DNA of 64,000 nucleotides from an uncultured Bacilli bacterium (GTDB lineage Bacteria; Bacillota_I; Bacilli_A; RF39; UBA660): NCBI GenBank assembly GCA_934149245.1, contig CAKPER010000005.1, positions 367 to 64,366 of the forward strand, read 5' to 3'. Shown piece by piece: positions 45,690 to 55,832 of this stretch (position 1 is its first letter; each line of letters starts with the position of its first letter). The notes under the pieces were generated by a model. It saw only the letters and a program-made list of their open reading frames with translations, ran no database searches and was not told where the DNA came from. The position numbers and the translations under genes were made by a program.

Positions 45690-48600
45690 ATGGAGAAGTC
45701 AGAGAAATTAAAACAATTATTAGATTATATAGGTATAAATGAAGATAATATGGCTTATTTTATCAACAGTTATGTGGAAAAAGTATCTGTAGATAGAGAA
45801 AATAATATATTTATATTTTATGTTAGAGTAAGTGATATTCCTAAAAAGAATGTGTATGATGATGTATTATCTTCATTATCTAGTTCTTTTAGTGCTAAGA
45901 TAGATTTATATTTCTTATATGATGGTGATAATTATCAAAATATTACTAGTTATTTATATCCTATAATAGATAGCTATATAATGAATAGTATGCGTTATAG
46001 TGTATTTAAAGATAGAGAAGTTACTAGTAATAAAAATAAATTAATATTTCCTGTATATAATAAATTAGAAGAGATGAATATATCTAATAAAGAAAAAGAT
46101 ATCTTAAAAACATTAAAGAAGTATGGTTTTAGTAATTTAGAAATGGAAATTAAGTTAGAAAAAAAAGAAGATGAAGATATCTTAAAGAAAATAGAAGCTG
46201 ATAGGCAAGTTGAAATACCTAAATATGTAGAAAAGAAAAATGTTGTAGCAGAAACACCTAATAAAGATAATAAAAATTATTATAGACCTAAGAAAAGTCA
46301 TGAAGTAACTAAAATAAAAGATTTAATATATGAAGCAGATAATATTAATGTTGAGGCACAATTATTTGGAATAGATGTATTTGAAACCAAGAGTGGATTT
46401 AAAATATTTACTTTGAAAATAACCGATTATAGTGATAGTATGTACTGTAAAATTTTTACTAAAGATGATGAAGAGACTGCTAGATTAAAAAGTACTCTAA
46501 AAAAAGGTAACTGGTATTTAATGTATGGAAGAGTTAAAGAAGATAACTATTTAGGTGGAGAGTTAGTCTTTATGACTAGATTTAATGATATAACCCCAAT
46601 AGATGCTAAACTTGATTGGGTTAGAACTGATAACAGTGAAGAGAAAAGATGTGAACTTCATGCTCATACCATGATGAGCCAAATGGATGGTGTTATAGAT
46701 GAAGTAAGATTAGTAAAACAAGCTATAAAATGGGGACACAGAGGAATTGCCATAACAGATCATGATGGTTGCCAAGCTTTTCCACATGTATTTAATGAAG
46801 TAACAAGCTATAATAAAAAAGTATTAGCTCCATATAAAGATAAAATAAAAGAATTAGAAGCAAAAAAGAAAGATATAGATAAAGATAGTGTTTGCGATAT
46901 AAAATTAATTGATGATGAGATTTTAAAAACTCGTGAAGAAATGAAAGAAGCTAAAACATTCAGAGCAATGTATGGTACAGAATTAGAAATGAGTAATGAT
47001 ACACTAGATATAGTAATAAATCCTAATGATGATCCAATCTATTCTTCTACTTATGTAATATTTGATACTGAAACAACAGGATTTAATCCAGGATTACATG
47101 ACACGATGATTGAAATAGGTGCTGTAAAAATGAAAGATGGTGCTTTAATAGAATCATTCGATGAACTAATTAATCCTGGTGTCCTAATCGATAGTGAGAT
47201 TACTGAATTAACTGGTATTAATAATAATATGGTTAAAGATTGTCCTAATGAAGAAGTTGTTGTTAAAAAATTTAAAGAATGGATAGAAGATTTACCATTA
47301 GTAGCACATAATGCTAAATTTGATGTAAATATGTTAAAGATGGCTTACCATAAGTATAACTTAGGTGAACTTAAAAATACTGTTTTAGATACCATGATAA
47401 TATCTCAAGTTTATAATAAAGATTTAAAAAGACATAGTCTAACAGCTCTTACTAAAAATTATGGTATTACCTTTGAAGAAAGTGATGGTAGTGCAGAACA
47501 TCATCACCATAGAGCTGATTATGATGCTGAGTTTACAGGATATATTTTCTTTAAAATGTTAAAGCAATTTGATAAAGATAAAACTAAGACTTTTAATGAT
47601 TTAGCAAAAGTTCCAACAGAACAAGAAATTAATAGATGGAATAGAGAAGTACACGTAAATATGATTGCTAAAACTAGAGTAGGTTTAAAAAATATGTTTA
47701 AGATAATTAGTTATGCTGCAACAAAGTATTTAGTAAAGTCTCCTAGAATTCCTAGACATATTATAGAAAGTCATAGAGAAGATCTTTTAATAGGTAGTGG
47801 ATGCTACAATGGAGAAGTATTTAAAGCTGCCCTAACTCAAAATGAAGATGAATTAAAAGATATAATGGCATTCTATGATTATATAGAAGTTCAGCCTATA
47901 AGTAACTATACTCACTTAGTAGCACGTCATGATATAAATAGTATTGAAGAAGTAAAATATGCTTTAGAGAAAATAATTAAATGCGCAAAAGAAGCAGGTA
48001 AACTAATTGTTGCAACATCTGATGCTCATACTTTAACTAAAGAAGATAAAATTTATAGAGAAATAATAGTTCATCAAAATGTTCCTGGTAAAGGTCGTCA
48101 TCCATTAGCTAGATATTTAAATTTAAAAGGATATGAAACAATACCAGACCAATATTTTAGGACAACAGAAGAAATGATGGCAGAATTTAGCTTTCTAGAT
48201 CCTAAACTTACCCATGAAATTGTTATAGAAAATCCTAATAAAATTTTAGATATGTGTACAGACTATGAAGTTATTATAGATACAGGTGGAATTCCTTTCT
48301 CTCCTAAAATAGATAAGTCTATTGAGACTGTAATAGATTTAGTTTATACTAAAGCTAAGAGCTGGTATGGAGAAAATCTTCCCTTTAATATAGAAGAGAG
48401 AATAGCTAAAGAACTATATGGTGACAGTGTGTTAGAAAGTATTAAAGCTAAGATGCCAAAAGATGATAATATGCCTGATAGTGAATATAATGCTCAAATA
48501 TTTAAAAAATTACATGATACTATCTTTAAAGGTGATGATGAGGTAAGAAAAGTAGTTGGAGAAAACCTTCAAAATAGTAGTACAGATAAACTTAGTAAGG

Positions 48601-50426
48601 AAGAATTAGATAAGGCTGTAAGTAAAAAATTAGGTGGAATAATAGGTGGAGGCTTTGATGTAATATATCTTATTGCCCAAAAATTAGTAAAACACTCAAA
48701 TGATGAAGGTTTTTTAGTAGGAAGCCGTGGTAGTGTTGGTTCAAGTTTTGTTGCAACTATGATGGGAATAACAGAAGTAAATCCACTACCAGCACATTAT
48801 CGTTGCCCTAATTGTAAATATAGCATTTTTGAAGATGAAAATGGTAAGTCATTAGGAGCAGATTATTCATCTGGATTTGATTTACCTGATAAAAAATGTC
48901 CAAAGTGTTCTAGCACTTTAATAAAAGATGGACAAGATATGCCATTTGCAACATTCTTAGGTTTTAATGCTGATAAAGTACCTGATATTGATCTTAACTT
49001 TTCAGATTTAAATCAAGCATCAGCTCATAACTATACTAAAGTATTATTTGGTGAAGATAATGTTTATCGTGCTGGTACTATAGGAACAGTAGCCGAAAAA
49101 ACAGCCTTTGGTTATGTTAAAGGTTTCTGTGAAGATCATGGAATAAAAATGCGCTCAGCTGAGGTAGAAAGAATTGCAGAGGGATGTACAGGTGTAAAAA
49201 GGACAACTGGTCAACATCCAGGAGGAATAGTAGTAATTCCTGGATATATGGATGTTTTTGATTTTACTCCATTTCAATATCCAGCTGATGATCCAACTAG
49301 TGCTTGGCGAACAACTCACTTTGATTATCATGCCATAGATCAAGATGTTTTAAAACTAGATATTTTAGGTCATACCGATCCAACTCAATTAAGATTAATT
49401 CAAAATTTAAGAGGAGTTAATGTTGTAGATGATGTTCCTCTTGATGATAAAGCAACAATGGGAATATTTTTATCTCCAGAACCTCTTGGAGTTACTAAAG
49501 AACAAATCATGAATGAGACAGGAACATTAGGTATTCCAGAATTTGGAACACCATTTACAATAGGAATGTTAATAGATACAAAACCTAAAACTTTTGCAGA
49601 ATTAATAAAAATATCAGGATTATCTCATGGAACAGATGTATGGCTTGGTAATGCTCAAGAATTAATTCGTAGTGGAACAGTTGAATTTAAAGATGTAATA
49701 GGCTGTCGTGATGATATTATGGTATACCTTATGTACCATGGATTAGAACCATTAAAATCATTTAAGATCATGGAATTTGTTAGAAAAGGTAAAGCCTCAA
49801 AAGATCCAGAAACTTGGAAAAAACATGTTGAAACAATGGAAAAAGCTGGAATAGAGAAATGGTTTATTGATAGTTGTGCTAAAATAAAATACATGTTCCC
49901 TAAAGCTCATGCTGCGGCATATGTAATAAGTGCCTTTAGAATAGCATATTATAAAGTTCATTATCCAGCAATTTATTATGCCACTTACTTTTCAACAAGA
50001 TTTTCAGACTTTGATATAGTTTGTATGATAAAAGGATATAGTTCTATCAAGAGTAAAATTGTTGAAATAAATGAAAAAGGATATGATGTTACTAACAAAG
50101 AAGCAAGTGTTCTAGAAACATTAAAACTTGCCCTAGAAGCAACAGCTAGAGGAATAAATTTTGGTAATCTTGATATCATGAAGAGTGACGCCAAAGACTT
50201 TATTATAGCAGAAGATGGTGTAACTTTAATTCCACCATTTAGAACAATCGATGGACTTGGTGATACAGTAGCCCAAAGTATCTGTGAAGAAGCTAAGAAA
50301 AAGCCATTCTTATCTATTGAAGATTTTCAAAAAAGATGTCGTGTATCAACTACTTTAATAGATAAAATGCGTCAAATGGATCTTTTTGGTGATTTGCCAG
50401 AATCAAGCCAATTAAGTTTATTTTAA
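45690..50426 (+). CDS. polC: DNA polymerase III PolC-type
   Basis: AAGAGGTG lies 6 nt before the ATG at 45690. PHP ELHAHTMMSQMDG, exonuclease VIFDTETTGFNP, Zn module CPNCKY...CPKCS and palm GSRGSVGSSFVA. Confidence 0.93.
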   Translation: MEKSEKLKQLLDYIGINEDNMAYFINSYVEKVSVDRENNIFIFYVRVSDIPKKNVYDDVLSSLSSSFSAKIDLYFLYDGDNYQNITSYLYPIIDSYIMNSMRYSVFKDREVTSNKNKLIFPVYNKLEEMNISNKEKDILKTLKKYGFSNLEMEIKLEKKEDEDILKKIEADRQVEIPKYVEKKNVVAETPNKDNKNYYRPKKSHEVTKIKDLIYEADNINVEAQLFGIDVFETKSGFKIFTLKITDYSDSMYCKIFTKDDEETARLKSTLKKGNWYLMYGRVKEDNYLGGELVFMTRFNDITPIDAKLDWVRTDNSEEKRCELHAHTMMSQMDGVIDEVRLVKQAIKWGHRGIAITDHDGCQAFPHVFNEVTSYNKKVLAPYKDKIKELEAKKKDIDKDSVCDIKLIDDEILKTREEMKEAKTFRAMYGTELEMSNDTLDIVINPNDDPIYSSTYVIFDTETTGFNPGLHDTMIEIGAVKMKDGALIESFDELINPGVLIDSEITELTGINNNMVKDCPNEEVVVKKFKEWIEDLPLVAHNAKFDVNMLKMAYHKYNLGELKNTVLDTMIISQVYNKDLKRHSLTALTKNYGITFEESDGSAEHHHHRADYDAEFTGYIFFKMLKQFDKDKTKTFNDLAKVPTEQEINRWNREVHVNMIAKTRVGLKNMFKIISYAATKYLVKSPRIPRHIIESHREDLLIGSGCYNGEVFKAALTQNEDELKDIMAFYDYIEVQPISNYTHLVARHDINSIEEVKYALEKIIKCAKEAGKLIVATSDAHTLTKEDKIYREIIVHQNVPGKGRHPLARYLNLKGYETIPDQYFRTTEEMMAEFSFLDPKLTHEIVIENPNKILDMCTDYEVIIDTGGIPFSPKIDKSIETVIDLVYTKAKSWYGENLPFNIEERIAKELYGDSVLESIKAKMPKDDNMPDSEYNAQIFKKLHDTIFKGDDEVRKVVGENLQNSSTDKLSKEELDKAVSKKLGGIIGGGFDVIYLIAQKLVKHSNDEGFLVGSRGSVGSSFVATMMGITEVNPLPAHYRCPNCKYSIFEDENGKSLGADYSSGFDLPDKKCPKCSSTLIKDGQDMPFATFLGFNADKVPDIDLNFSDLNQASAHNYTKVLFGEDNVYRAGTIGTVAEKTAFGYVKGFCEDHGIKMRSAEVERIAEGCTGVKRTTGQHPGGIVVIPGYMDVFDFTPFQYPADDPTSAWRTTHFDYHAIDQDVLKLDILGHTDPTQLRLIQNLRGVNVVDDVPLDDKATMGIFLSPEPLGVTKEQIMNETGTLGIPEFGTPFTIGMLIDTKPKTFAELIKISGLSHGTDVWLGNAQELIRSGTVEFKDVIGCRDDIMVYLMYHGLEPLKSFKIMEFVRKGKASKDPETWKKHVETMEKAGIEKWFIDSCAKIKYMFPKAHAAAYVISAFRIAYYKVHYPAIYYATYFSTRFSDFDIVCMIKGYSSIKSKIVEINEKGYDVTNKEASVLETLKLALEATARGINFGNLDIMKSDAKDFIIAEDGVTLIPPFRTIDGLGDTVAQSICEEAKKKPFLSIEDFQKRCRVSTTLIDKMRQMDLFGDLPESSQLSLF

Positions 50427-50443
50427 TTAGAAAAAGTGATTAT

Positions 50444-51679
50444 ATGTTAAGTAAAATATTTGATATAAATAAGTTTAAACCATTAAAATTAAATGATAAG
50501 TATTATTTAATAAGGGCTCTAAATATTAGAGATAGTAATGATATAAAAGAAAAAATTACTATCTCTAATAACGAAATAGTAAAAATAAGAACAGATAGAG
50601 AAAGATATATAGGACAAGCTAAATATCATGAAAACTCTCATTTAACTTTAGAAGAAGTATGTGATCATATTAAAGAAAATCATAGATTAGATACTAACTG
50701 TATATCTTTATCTATTAATCCAAATGTATCAGCTCTTTATGGAAGAAAATTTTATAATGATAAATATGTTCTAATTCAAGTCTCTTATGATGATATAGCA
50801 GAAAATAAAGTAATAAATGCGGGTTTATTTATCTTAGAAGAAGTTGAAAAAATAATTAATAATATGATAAAAGCTAAATATTTTTCTAAAGTTACTTTGC
50901 AATATTTAACTAAAATAGATAAAATGTCTCATAAGCAAGAATTAGATGAATTTATGTTTAAGATAAAAAAAGAAGCAAATTTTTATCTATGCACAAGTAA
51001 TAGCTCTATAAAATATTTAGATATGACTGATGAACAGATATTAGCTAAGAATAAAGTAATAGCAAAATTATCTATAATAGATAAAAAGATAATTAGTAAT
51101 ATGTCTAACATAGAATTAATTAATACAATAAATTTAGCTTTTTCATCACTAGAGTTTATCCACTATAAAGAAATATCTAAAGAAAAGATAACTACTTTAT
51201 CTAGTAGCATGATAGATATTCTCTCTATACTTTGGCAACTACCACCTGATACTCCTAATTTAGATGATGTAAAAGTAATTGTTTTAAAGTATATATTATC
51301 GAAAAAAGCAATAGATATTAATTTTAAGTATGAAGATTATAATGATTATTTTAATGAAGAAGACTTTAATAAAAAAGTATTCTATTTAGTTAAGTCAAAA
51401 TTAAGAACAATAAATGCTACTAACTATTTAAAATTAATAGCTGGTAATAATTATCAAAATCTTTATCAGTTATTAGAAAATAAAACTTATGGTATAGAGC
51501 CAGTTATATTTTCTGATGTAGATAATAAAAAAATTAAAGTTAATAATTATGTATACATGAATTTCCCTTTATCTGATAAATACATTTTTGATGTATTAGA
51601 TAAAATGGATAGAAAAGAATTAGAAAAAATTATTTTAAATCCTAAAACTATAAAGAAGTTAAAACTACGTAATAAATAA
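50444..51679 (+). CDS. Hypothetical cytoplasmic protein with N-terminal R-S-ExE ADP-ribosyltransferase-like motifs
   Basis: No signal peptide. IVKIRTD (or YLIRAL), CISLSINPNVSALYGRK and GLFILEEVEKII resemble the Arg / STS / ExE motifs and spacing of C3/VIP2-type ARTs. Judged by eye only. Confidence 0.3.
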   Translation: MLSKIFDINKFKPLKLNDKYYLIRALNIRDSNDIKEKITISNNEIVKIRTDRERYIGQAKYHENSHLTLEEVCDHIKENHRLDTNCISLSINPNVSALYGRKFYNDKYVLIQVSYDDIAENKVINAGLFILEEVEKIINNMIKAKYFSKVTLQYLTKIDKMSHKQELDEFMFKIKKEANFYLCTSNSSIKYLDMTDEQILAKNKVIAKLSIIDKKIISNMSNIELINTINLAFSSLEFIHYKEISKEKITTLSSSMIDILSILWQLPPDTPNLDDVKVIVLKYILSKKAIDINFKYEDYNDYFNEEDFNKKVFYLVKSKLRTINATNYLKLIAGNNYQNLYQLLENKTYGIEPVIFSDVDNKKIKVNNYVYMNFPLSDKYIFDVLDKMDRKELEKIILNPKTIKKLKLRNK

Positions 51680-51709
51680 AAAAATATTATGATATGAGGA
51701 GGTAATAGA

Positions 51710-52444
51710 ATGAATAGACCTATATTAATTCAAGTTGCTATGGAAGTAGAATGTCAAAAAATATTAGAAAGTATTAGTAATATAGAAGAACATAATTTAA
51801 ATAATTATAAAGTATATACAGGGTTATTTAATTCTTATGAGATAGTAATATTATTATCTAGAGTAGGACTTATTAATACTTCATCATCACTAACTATGGC
51901 AATAGATAAGTATCATCCTAAGCTGGTAATAAATATTGGAATATCTGGATCAACATCTCCAAATATTCATATTAAGGATATAGTTGTAGGAACTTCTATT
52001 TTAAATATTAATTCATATAGAACACCTTTTTTAGAAAAAGGGTCAGGAACAAATCCTAATAATTGGGAATTATTAACTTTCTTAAGTGGAGAAGAAGATA
52101 GAATACTAGAAGAAAAAGCTGATAAGTCGCTTTTAAAATTAACGGAAAAATTATCTAATTGTTCTAAGATATTTTATGGAAAAATAGGAAGTGGTGATTG
52201 CTGGAATAGGGAAATAGATCGTATTACATACCTTACAGATAAATATAATATTTTATGTGAAGATATGGAATCAATTGCTACTTATACCATAGCAAATAAT
52301 ATGAATATACCAGTAATTTCATTAAAATGCATATCTGATAATATTTTAACAGGTGAAGAATATAATCGCAATGTTAGTATTGATTTTCAGCAAAATATTT
52401 TGGAATATATAAGTATTTTAATAGATAATATTGATAAAATATAG
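51710..52444 (+). CDS. mtnN: 5'-methylthioadenosine/S-adenosylhomocysteine nucleosidase
   Basis: RBS GAGGAGG. ILIQVAMEVE..., VINIGISGS and CEDMESIA, matching the PNP/UDP-1 Pfs-type pattern. Confidence 0.75.
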   Translation: MNRPILIQVAMEVECQKILESISNIEEHNLNNYKVYTGLFNSYEIVILLSRVGLINTSSSLTMAIDKYHPKLVINIGISGSTSPNIHIKDIVVGTSILNINSYRTPFLEKGSGTNPNNWELLTFLSGEEDRILEEKADKSLLKLTEKLSNCSKIFYGKIGSGDCWNREIDRITYLTDKYNILCEDMESIATYTIANNMNIPVISLKCISDNILTGEEYNRNVSIDFQQNILEYISILIDNIDKI

Positions 52445-52494
52445 TAGTCAAAATATAAGTATCTAAAAATGATATTTGTATTTTGATTTTTTTG

Positions 52495-52523
52495 TTGACA
52501 AACTTGTTAACAAATCATATAAT
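52495..52523 (+). promoter_or_regulatory. Consensus sigma-A promoter of the metal-efflux operon
   Basis: TTGACA (52495-52500), exactly 17 nt, then TATAAT (52518-52523). Confidence 0.7.
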
Positions 52524-52528
52524 ATTTA

Positions 52529-52550
52529 TATATGAACAAACATTCATATA
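52529..52550. promoter_or_regulatory. ArsR/SmtB-type operator (inverted repeat)
   Basis: tatatgaa-caaaca-ttcatata lies just downstream of the -10. Resembles CzrA/CadC-type operators (aTATGAACAnnnnTTCATAT). Confidence 0.65.
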
Positions 52551-52570
52551 GTTTATAGAAAGGAATAAGT

Positions 52571-52864
52571 ATGGAATTATTAAATGAAAATCAAATAATA
52601 GAATTATCAGAACTATTTAAAATATTTGGTGACTCAACCAGGGTAAAAATTATCAATGTTTTATTAAATCAAACACTATGTGTAAATGAAATATCTGATG
52701 CTATAAATTTAAGCCAATCAGCAGTCTCACATCAACTTAGAATTTTAAAACAATCAAAACTAGTTAAGTATAAAAGACTAGGAAATCAAACATATTATCA
52801 ATTAGCTGATGAACATGTAGAAAAAATTTTTAGAATAGGATGTGAACATATAAATGAAATATAA
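52571..52864 (+). CDS. ArsR/SmtB-family metalloregulator (CadC/CzrA-like)
   Basis: LFKIFGDSTRVKIINVL...CVNEISDAINLSQSAVSHQLRILK (winged HTH). Overlaps the ATPase start. Confidence 0.85.
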   Translation: MELLNENQIIELSELFKIFGDSTRVKIINVLLNQTLCVNEISDAINLSQSAVSHQLRILKQSKLVKYKRLGNQTYYQLADEHVEKIFRIGCEHINEI

Positions 52865-54908
52865 ATATAAATTTAATGAATTAGATTGTGCAAACTGTGC
52901 TAATGCTATAGAACAGAAGCTTAATAGTGATAAAAATATAAAAACAGCATCAGTAAACTTTTCTAAATTATCTCTAATAGTAGAGACTGATTTAGATAAA
53001 GATGTAAAAAAATATGTAAATAACATAATTGCCTCAGTAGAACCAGATAGTTTTGTAATAGATATAGGAGAAGAAAGTGACACTAAAAAGAAAGTAAAAA
53101 ACGATATTTTGAGATTAGTAACAGCGATAATTATAGCAGTAGTAGGAATGATAATTGGAGATTCTTTACTATCAAAAATATTAATAATTATAAGTTATAT
53201 TCTACTTTTAGAAAAAACTACTATAACAGCAGTAAAACTTCTAGTAAGATCAAGAACAATAAATGAAAATTTATTGGTAACAATATCTTGTATAGGAGCA
53301 TATTTAACTAATAATATTCATGAAGGACTTATGGTTGTAATACTATATGAAATTGGTAAAATATTAGAAGAAATAGCTGTTAATAATTCTAGAAGATCAA
53401 TTTCTAATTTAATGGATATAAAACCAGAATATGCTAATTTAAAAAAAGGTGATGAGATAAAAAAAGTTAATCCAGAACAAGTAAAGATAGATGATATAAT
53501 TGTAATAAAGCAAGGAGAAAAAGTTCCTTTAGATGGTATTATTGTAAAGGGAAGTGCCAAGTTAAATACCAGTGCTTTAACAGGAGAAAGTAAACTAAGC
53601 AGTGTAAAGGCTGGCGATGAAGTACTGTCAGGAACTGTAAATATGAATGGACTTTTTGAATTAAAAGTAACTAGTACATATACTAATAGTACTGTCTCAA
53701 GAATTTTAGAATTAGTAGAAACAGCAACAGATAGAAAAGCCAAAACAGAAACATTTGTTGCTCGTATGGCAAAAATTTATACACCAATAGTAATTATACT
53801 TGCAATTTTAACAGCAATAATATTACCATTATTCTTTAAAGTTCCAAGTAATGTTGCAATTTATAGAGCTTTGGTATTTTTAGTAGTATCATGTCCATGT
53901 GCTATAGCAATATCAGTACCATTAAGTTATTTTACAGGAATAGGTGCAGCATCTCGTTTGGGAATTCTTATAAAGGGAAGTGATTATTTAGATTCATTAT
54001 GTGCTGTTAATAAAATAGTATTTGATAAAACAGGAACAATTACAACAGGAACTTTCTCTGATTATAATCTAAAAATATTAGATGATAATTACAAGGAAGA
54101 TGAGATAAAACAAATATATGCTAAGGGTGAAAAATTATCTAATCATCCAATAGCAATGTCTATAGTAAATTTATTTAATAAAAATATTAAAACTAATGAT
54201 GTAAAAAATTATAAAGAAATATCTGGAAAAGGAGTAGAATTTGTATTAGATGAAGATAAAATAAAGATAGGTTCTAGTGAATTTTGTAAAGCTTCTAAAA
54301 AAGATGGTTATATTTATTTAAATATAAATGATAATAATGTTGCTAAATTAGAATTATTAGATGGCGTGAAAAAAGGAACTAAAAAGACTATAGCAACACT
54401 AAAAAGCATGAGTATCACCCCAAAAATGTTTACTGGAGATTCAGAATCCATTGCCAAAAAGATAGCTAAGTCAGTTGGAATAGATGATGTATCTTATGAA
54501 ATGTTACCAGAGGATAAATATAAGTTACTAGAAAATGTTATAAAAGATAATTCTGGAAAGACAGCTTTTGTAGGTGATGGAATAAATGATGCTCCATCAT
54601 TAGCTCTTGCTGATATCGGAATATCTATGGGTGGAGTAGGTAGTGCTTCAGCAATAGAGGCATCAGATATTGTTATAATGACTGATGATTTGGCTAAAAT
54701 ACCTGTTGGTATTAAAATTGCTAAGAAAACAAATCATGTAATTAAACAAAATTTACTTTTTGCAATTGGCGTAAAAGTTTTAGTTTTAACTTTAAGTACT
54801 GTAGGATTAGCTTCTATGTGGCAAGCAGTTTTTGCTGATACAGGAGTAACTTTAATAACAATATTAAATACTACCAGAATATTAAAAAGAGAAAAGTCAA
54901 AAAAGTAA
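52854..54908 (+). CDS. cadA: Heavy-metal (Cd/Zn-type) P1B-type ATPase
   Basis: HMA site CANCA, TM6 CPC (VSCPCAI), DKTGTIT and GDGINDAP. Confidence 0.88.
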   Translation: MKYKYKFNELDCANCANAIEQKLNSDKNIKTASVNFSKLSLIVETDLDKDVKKYVNNIIASVEPDSFVIDIGEESDTKKKVKNDILRLVTAIIIAVVGMIIGDSLLSKILIIISYILLLEKTTITAVKLLVRSRTINENLLVTISCIGAYLTNNIHEGLMVVILYEIGKILEEIAVNNSRRSISNLMDIKPEYANLKKGDEIKKVNPEQVKIDDIIVIKQGEKVPLDGIIVKGSAKLNTSALTGESKLSSVKAGDEVLSGTVNMNGLFELKVTSTYTNSTVSRILELVETATDRKAKTETFVARMAKIYTPIVIILAILTAIILPLFFKVPSNVAIYRALVFLVVSCPCAIAISVPLSYFTGIGAASRLGILIKGSDYLDSLCAVNKIVFDKTGTITTGTFSDYNLKILDDNYKEDEIKQIYAKGEKLSNHPIAMSIVNLFNKNIKTNDVKNYKEISGKGVEFVLDEDKIKIGSSEFCKASKKDGYIYLNINDNNVAKLELLDGVKKGTKKTIATLKSMSITPKMFTGDSESIAKKIAKSVGIDDVSYEMLPEDKYKLLENVIKDNSGKTAFVGDGINDAPSLALADIGISMGGVGSASAIEASDIVIMTDDLAKIPVGIKIAKKTNHVIKQNLLFAIGVKVLVLTLSTVGLASMWQAVFADTGVTLITILNTTRILKREKSKK

Positions 54909-54922
54909 TATAGTTAATTTAG

Positions 54923-54967
54923 AGGATAAAATAGTATGTTTTATACTTGTTTATTTATCCTTTTTTT
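54923..54967 (+). terminator. Rho-independent terminator after cadA
   Basis: Outer stem aggataaa/tttatcct with inner stem agtat/atact, followed by TTTTTTT. Confidence 0.55.
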
Positions 54968-55086
54968 GTTACTATTATACTAATCAAAATTATTTATGAA
55001 TATATTTATGTTTTATATCATGAGTGTGTATATTAAACTATAAGTTTAGTTATGTATTGTATAAGTTTGTTTTAGCGAGGTGTTAT

Positions 55087-55824
55087 ATGAATGAAAATAT
55101 AAATTACTATGAACTATTAGGTGTTAGTAAAAATGCTACTAAAGATGAAATAAAAAAAGCTTATAGAATTCAGGCAAAAAAATGGCATCCTGATCTTAAT
55201 AAAGATAAACAAGCCTTAGAAATATCTAAAAAAATAAATGAAGCTAAAGTAGTACTTTTAGATGATTTAAAAAGAAAAGATTATGATGATTACTTAAATA
55301 ATCTAGCCAATAAAAAATATCAGAAAATGCAAGATGATAACATTAAAAATACTAATTCTAAATCAACTTATAGTTCTAGTTATAGTGAAGAATACAGTAG
55401 TGAAAAAACATATACTAAATGGGAATACTTTCAAATATATTTAAAATACTATCAAGTATCAAAAAAAAGAAAAGCTTTAGCTATTATTTTAGTTATATTA
55501 GAAACTATATTGTGTAGCAGTTTAGGAATAATTAATTATTTGTTAGCTCTAATTATAAATGTATCTTACAGTGCAGTAGCATATTTATCTCAATTAATAA
55601 TCGGATTATATACATTTTTCTTAATCTTTGCCTTTTTTTCTAATATATCTTATGCTCCTAGTACTATAGGTGATTATATTGAGATAGCTTTAATTTATTT
55701 GGGATTAATTCTTCTAACTATTATTCCCGTATATATCTTAAAATTCTTAATTTATAAAATGCCTACTATTATATCAGATTTAAATATGTATTTATTTAAA
55801 AAAGCCATAGGCTATGATAACTAA
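55087..55824 (+). CDS. J-domain (DnaJ-like) membrane protein
   Basis: GCGAGGTG RBS before the ATG at 55087. YYELLGVSKNATKDEIKKAYRIQAKKWHPDLN with the HPD motif. C-terminal TM helices. Confidence 0.8.
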   Translation: MNENINYYELLGVSKNATKDEIKKAYRIQAKKWHPDLNKDKQALEISKKINEAKVVLLDDLKRKDYDDYLNNLANKKYQKMQDDNIKNTNSKSTYSSSYSEEYSSEKTYTKWEYFQIYLKYYQVSKKRKALAIILVILETILCSSLGIINYLLALIINVSYSAVAYLSQLIIGLYTFFLIFAFFSNISYAPSTIGDYIEIALIYLGLILLTIIPVYILKFLIYKMPTIISDLNMYLFKKAIGYDN

Positions 55825-55832
55825 AAATATTG

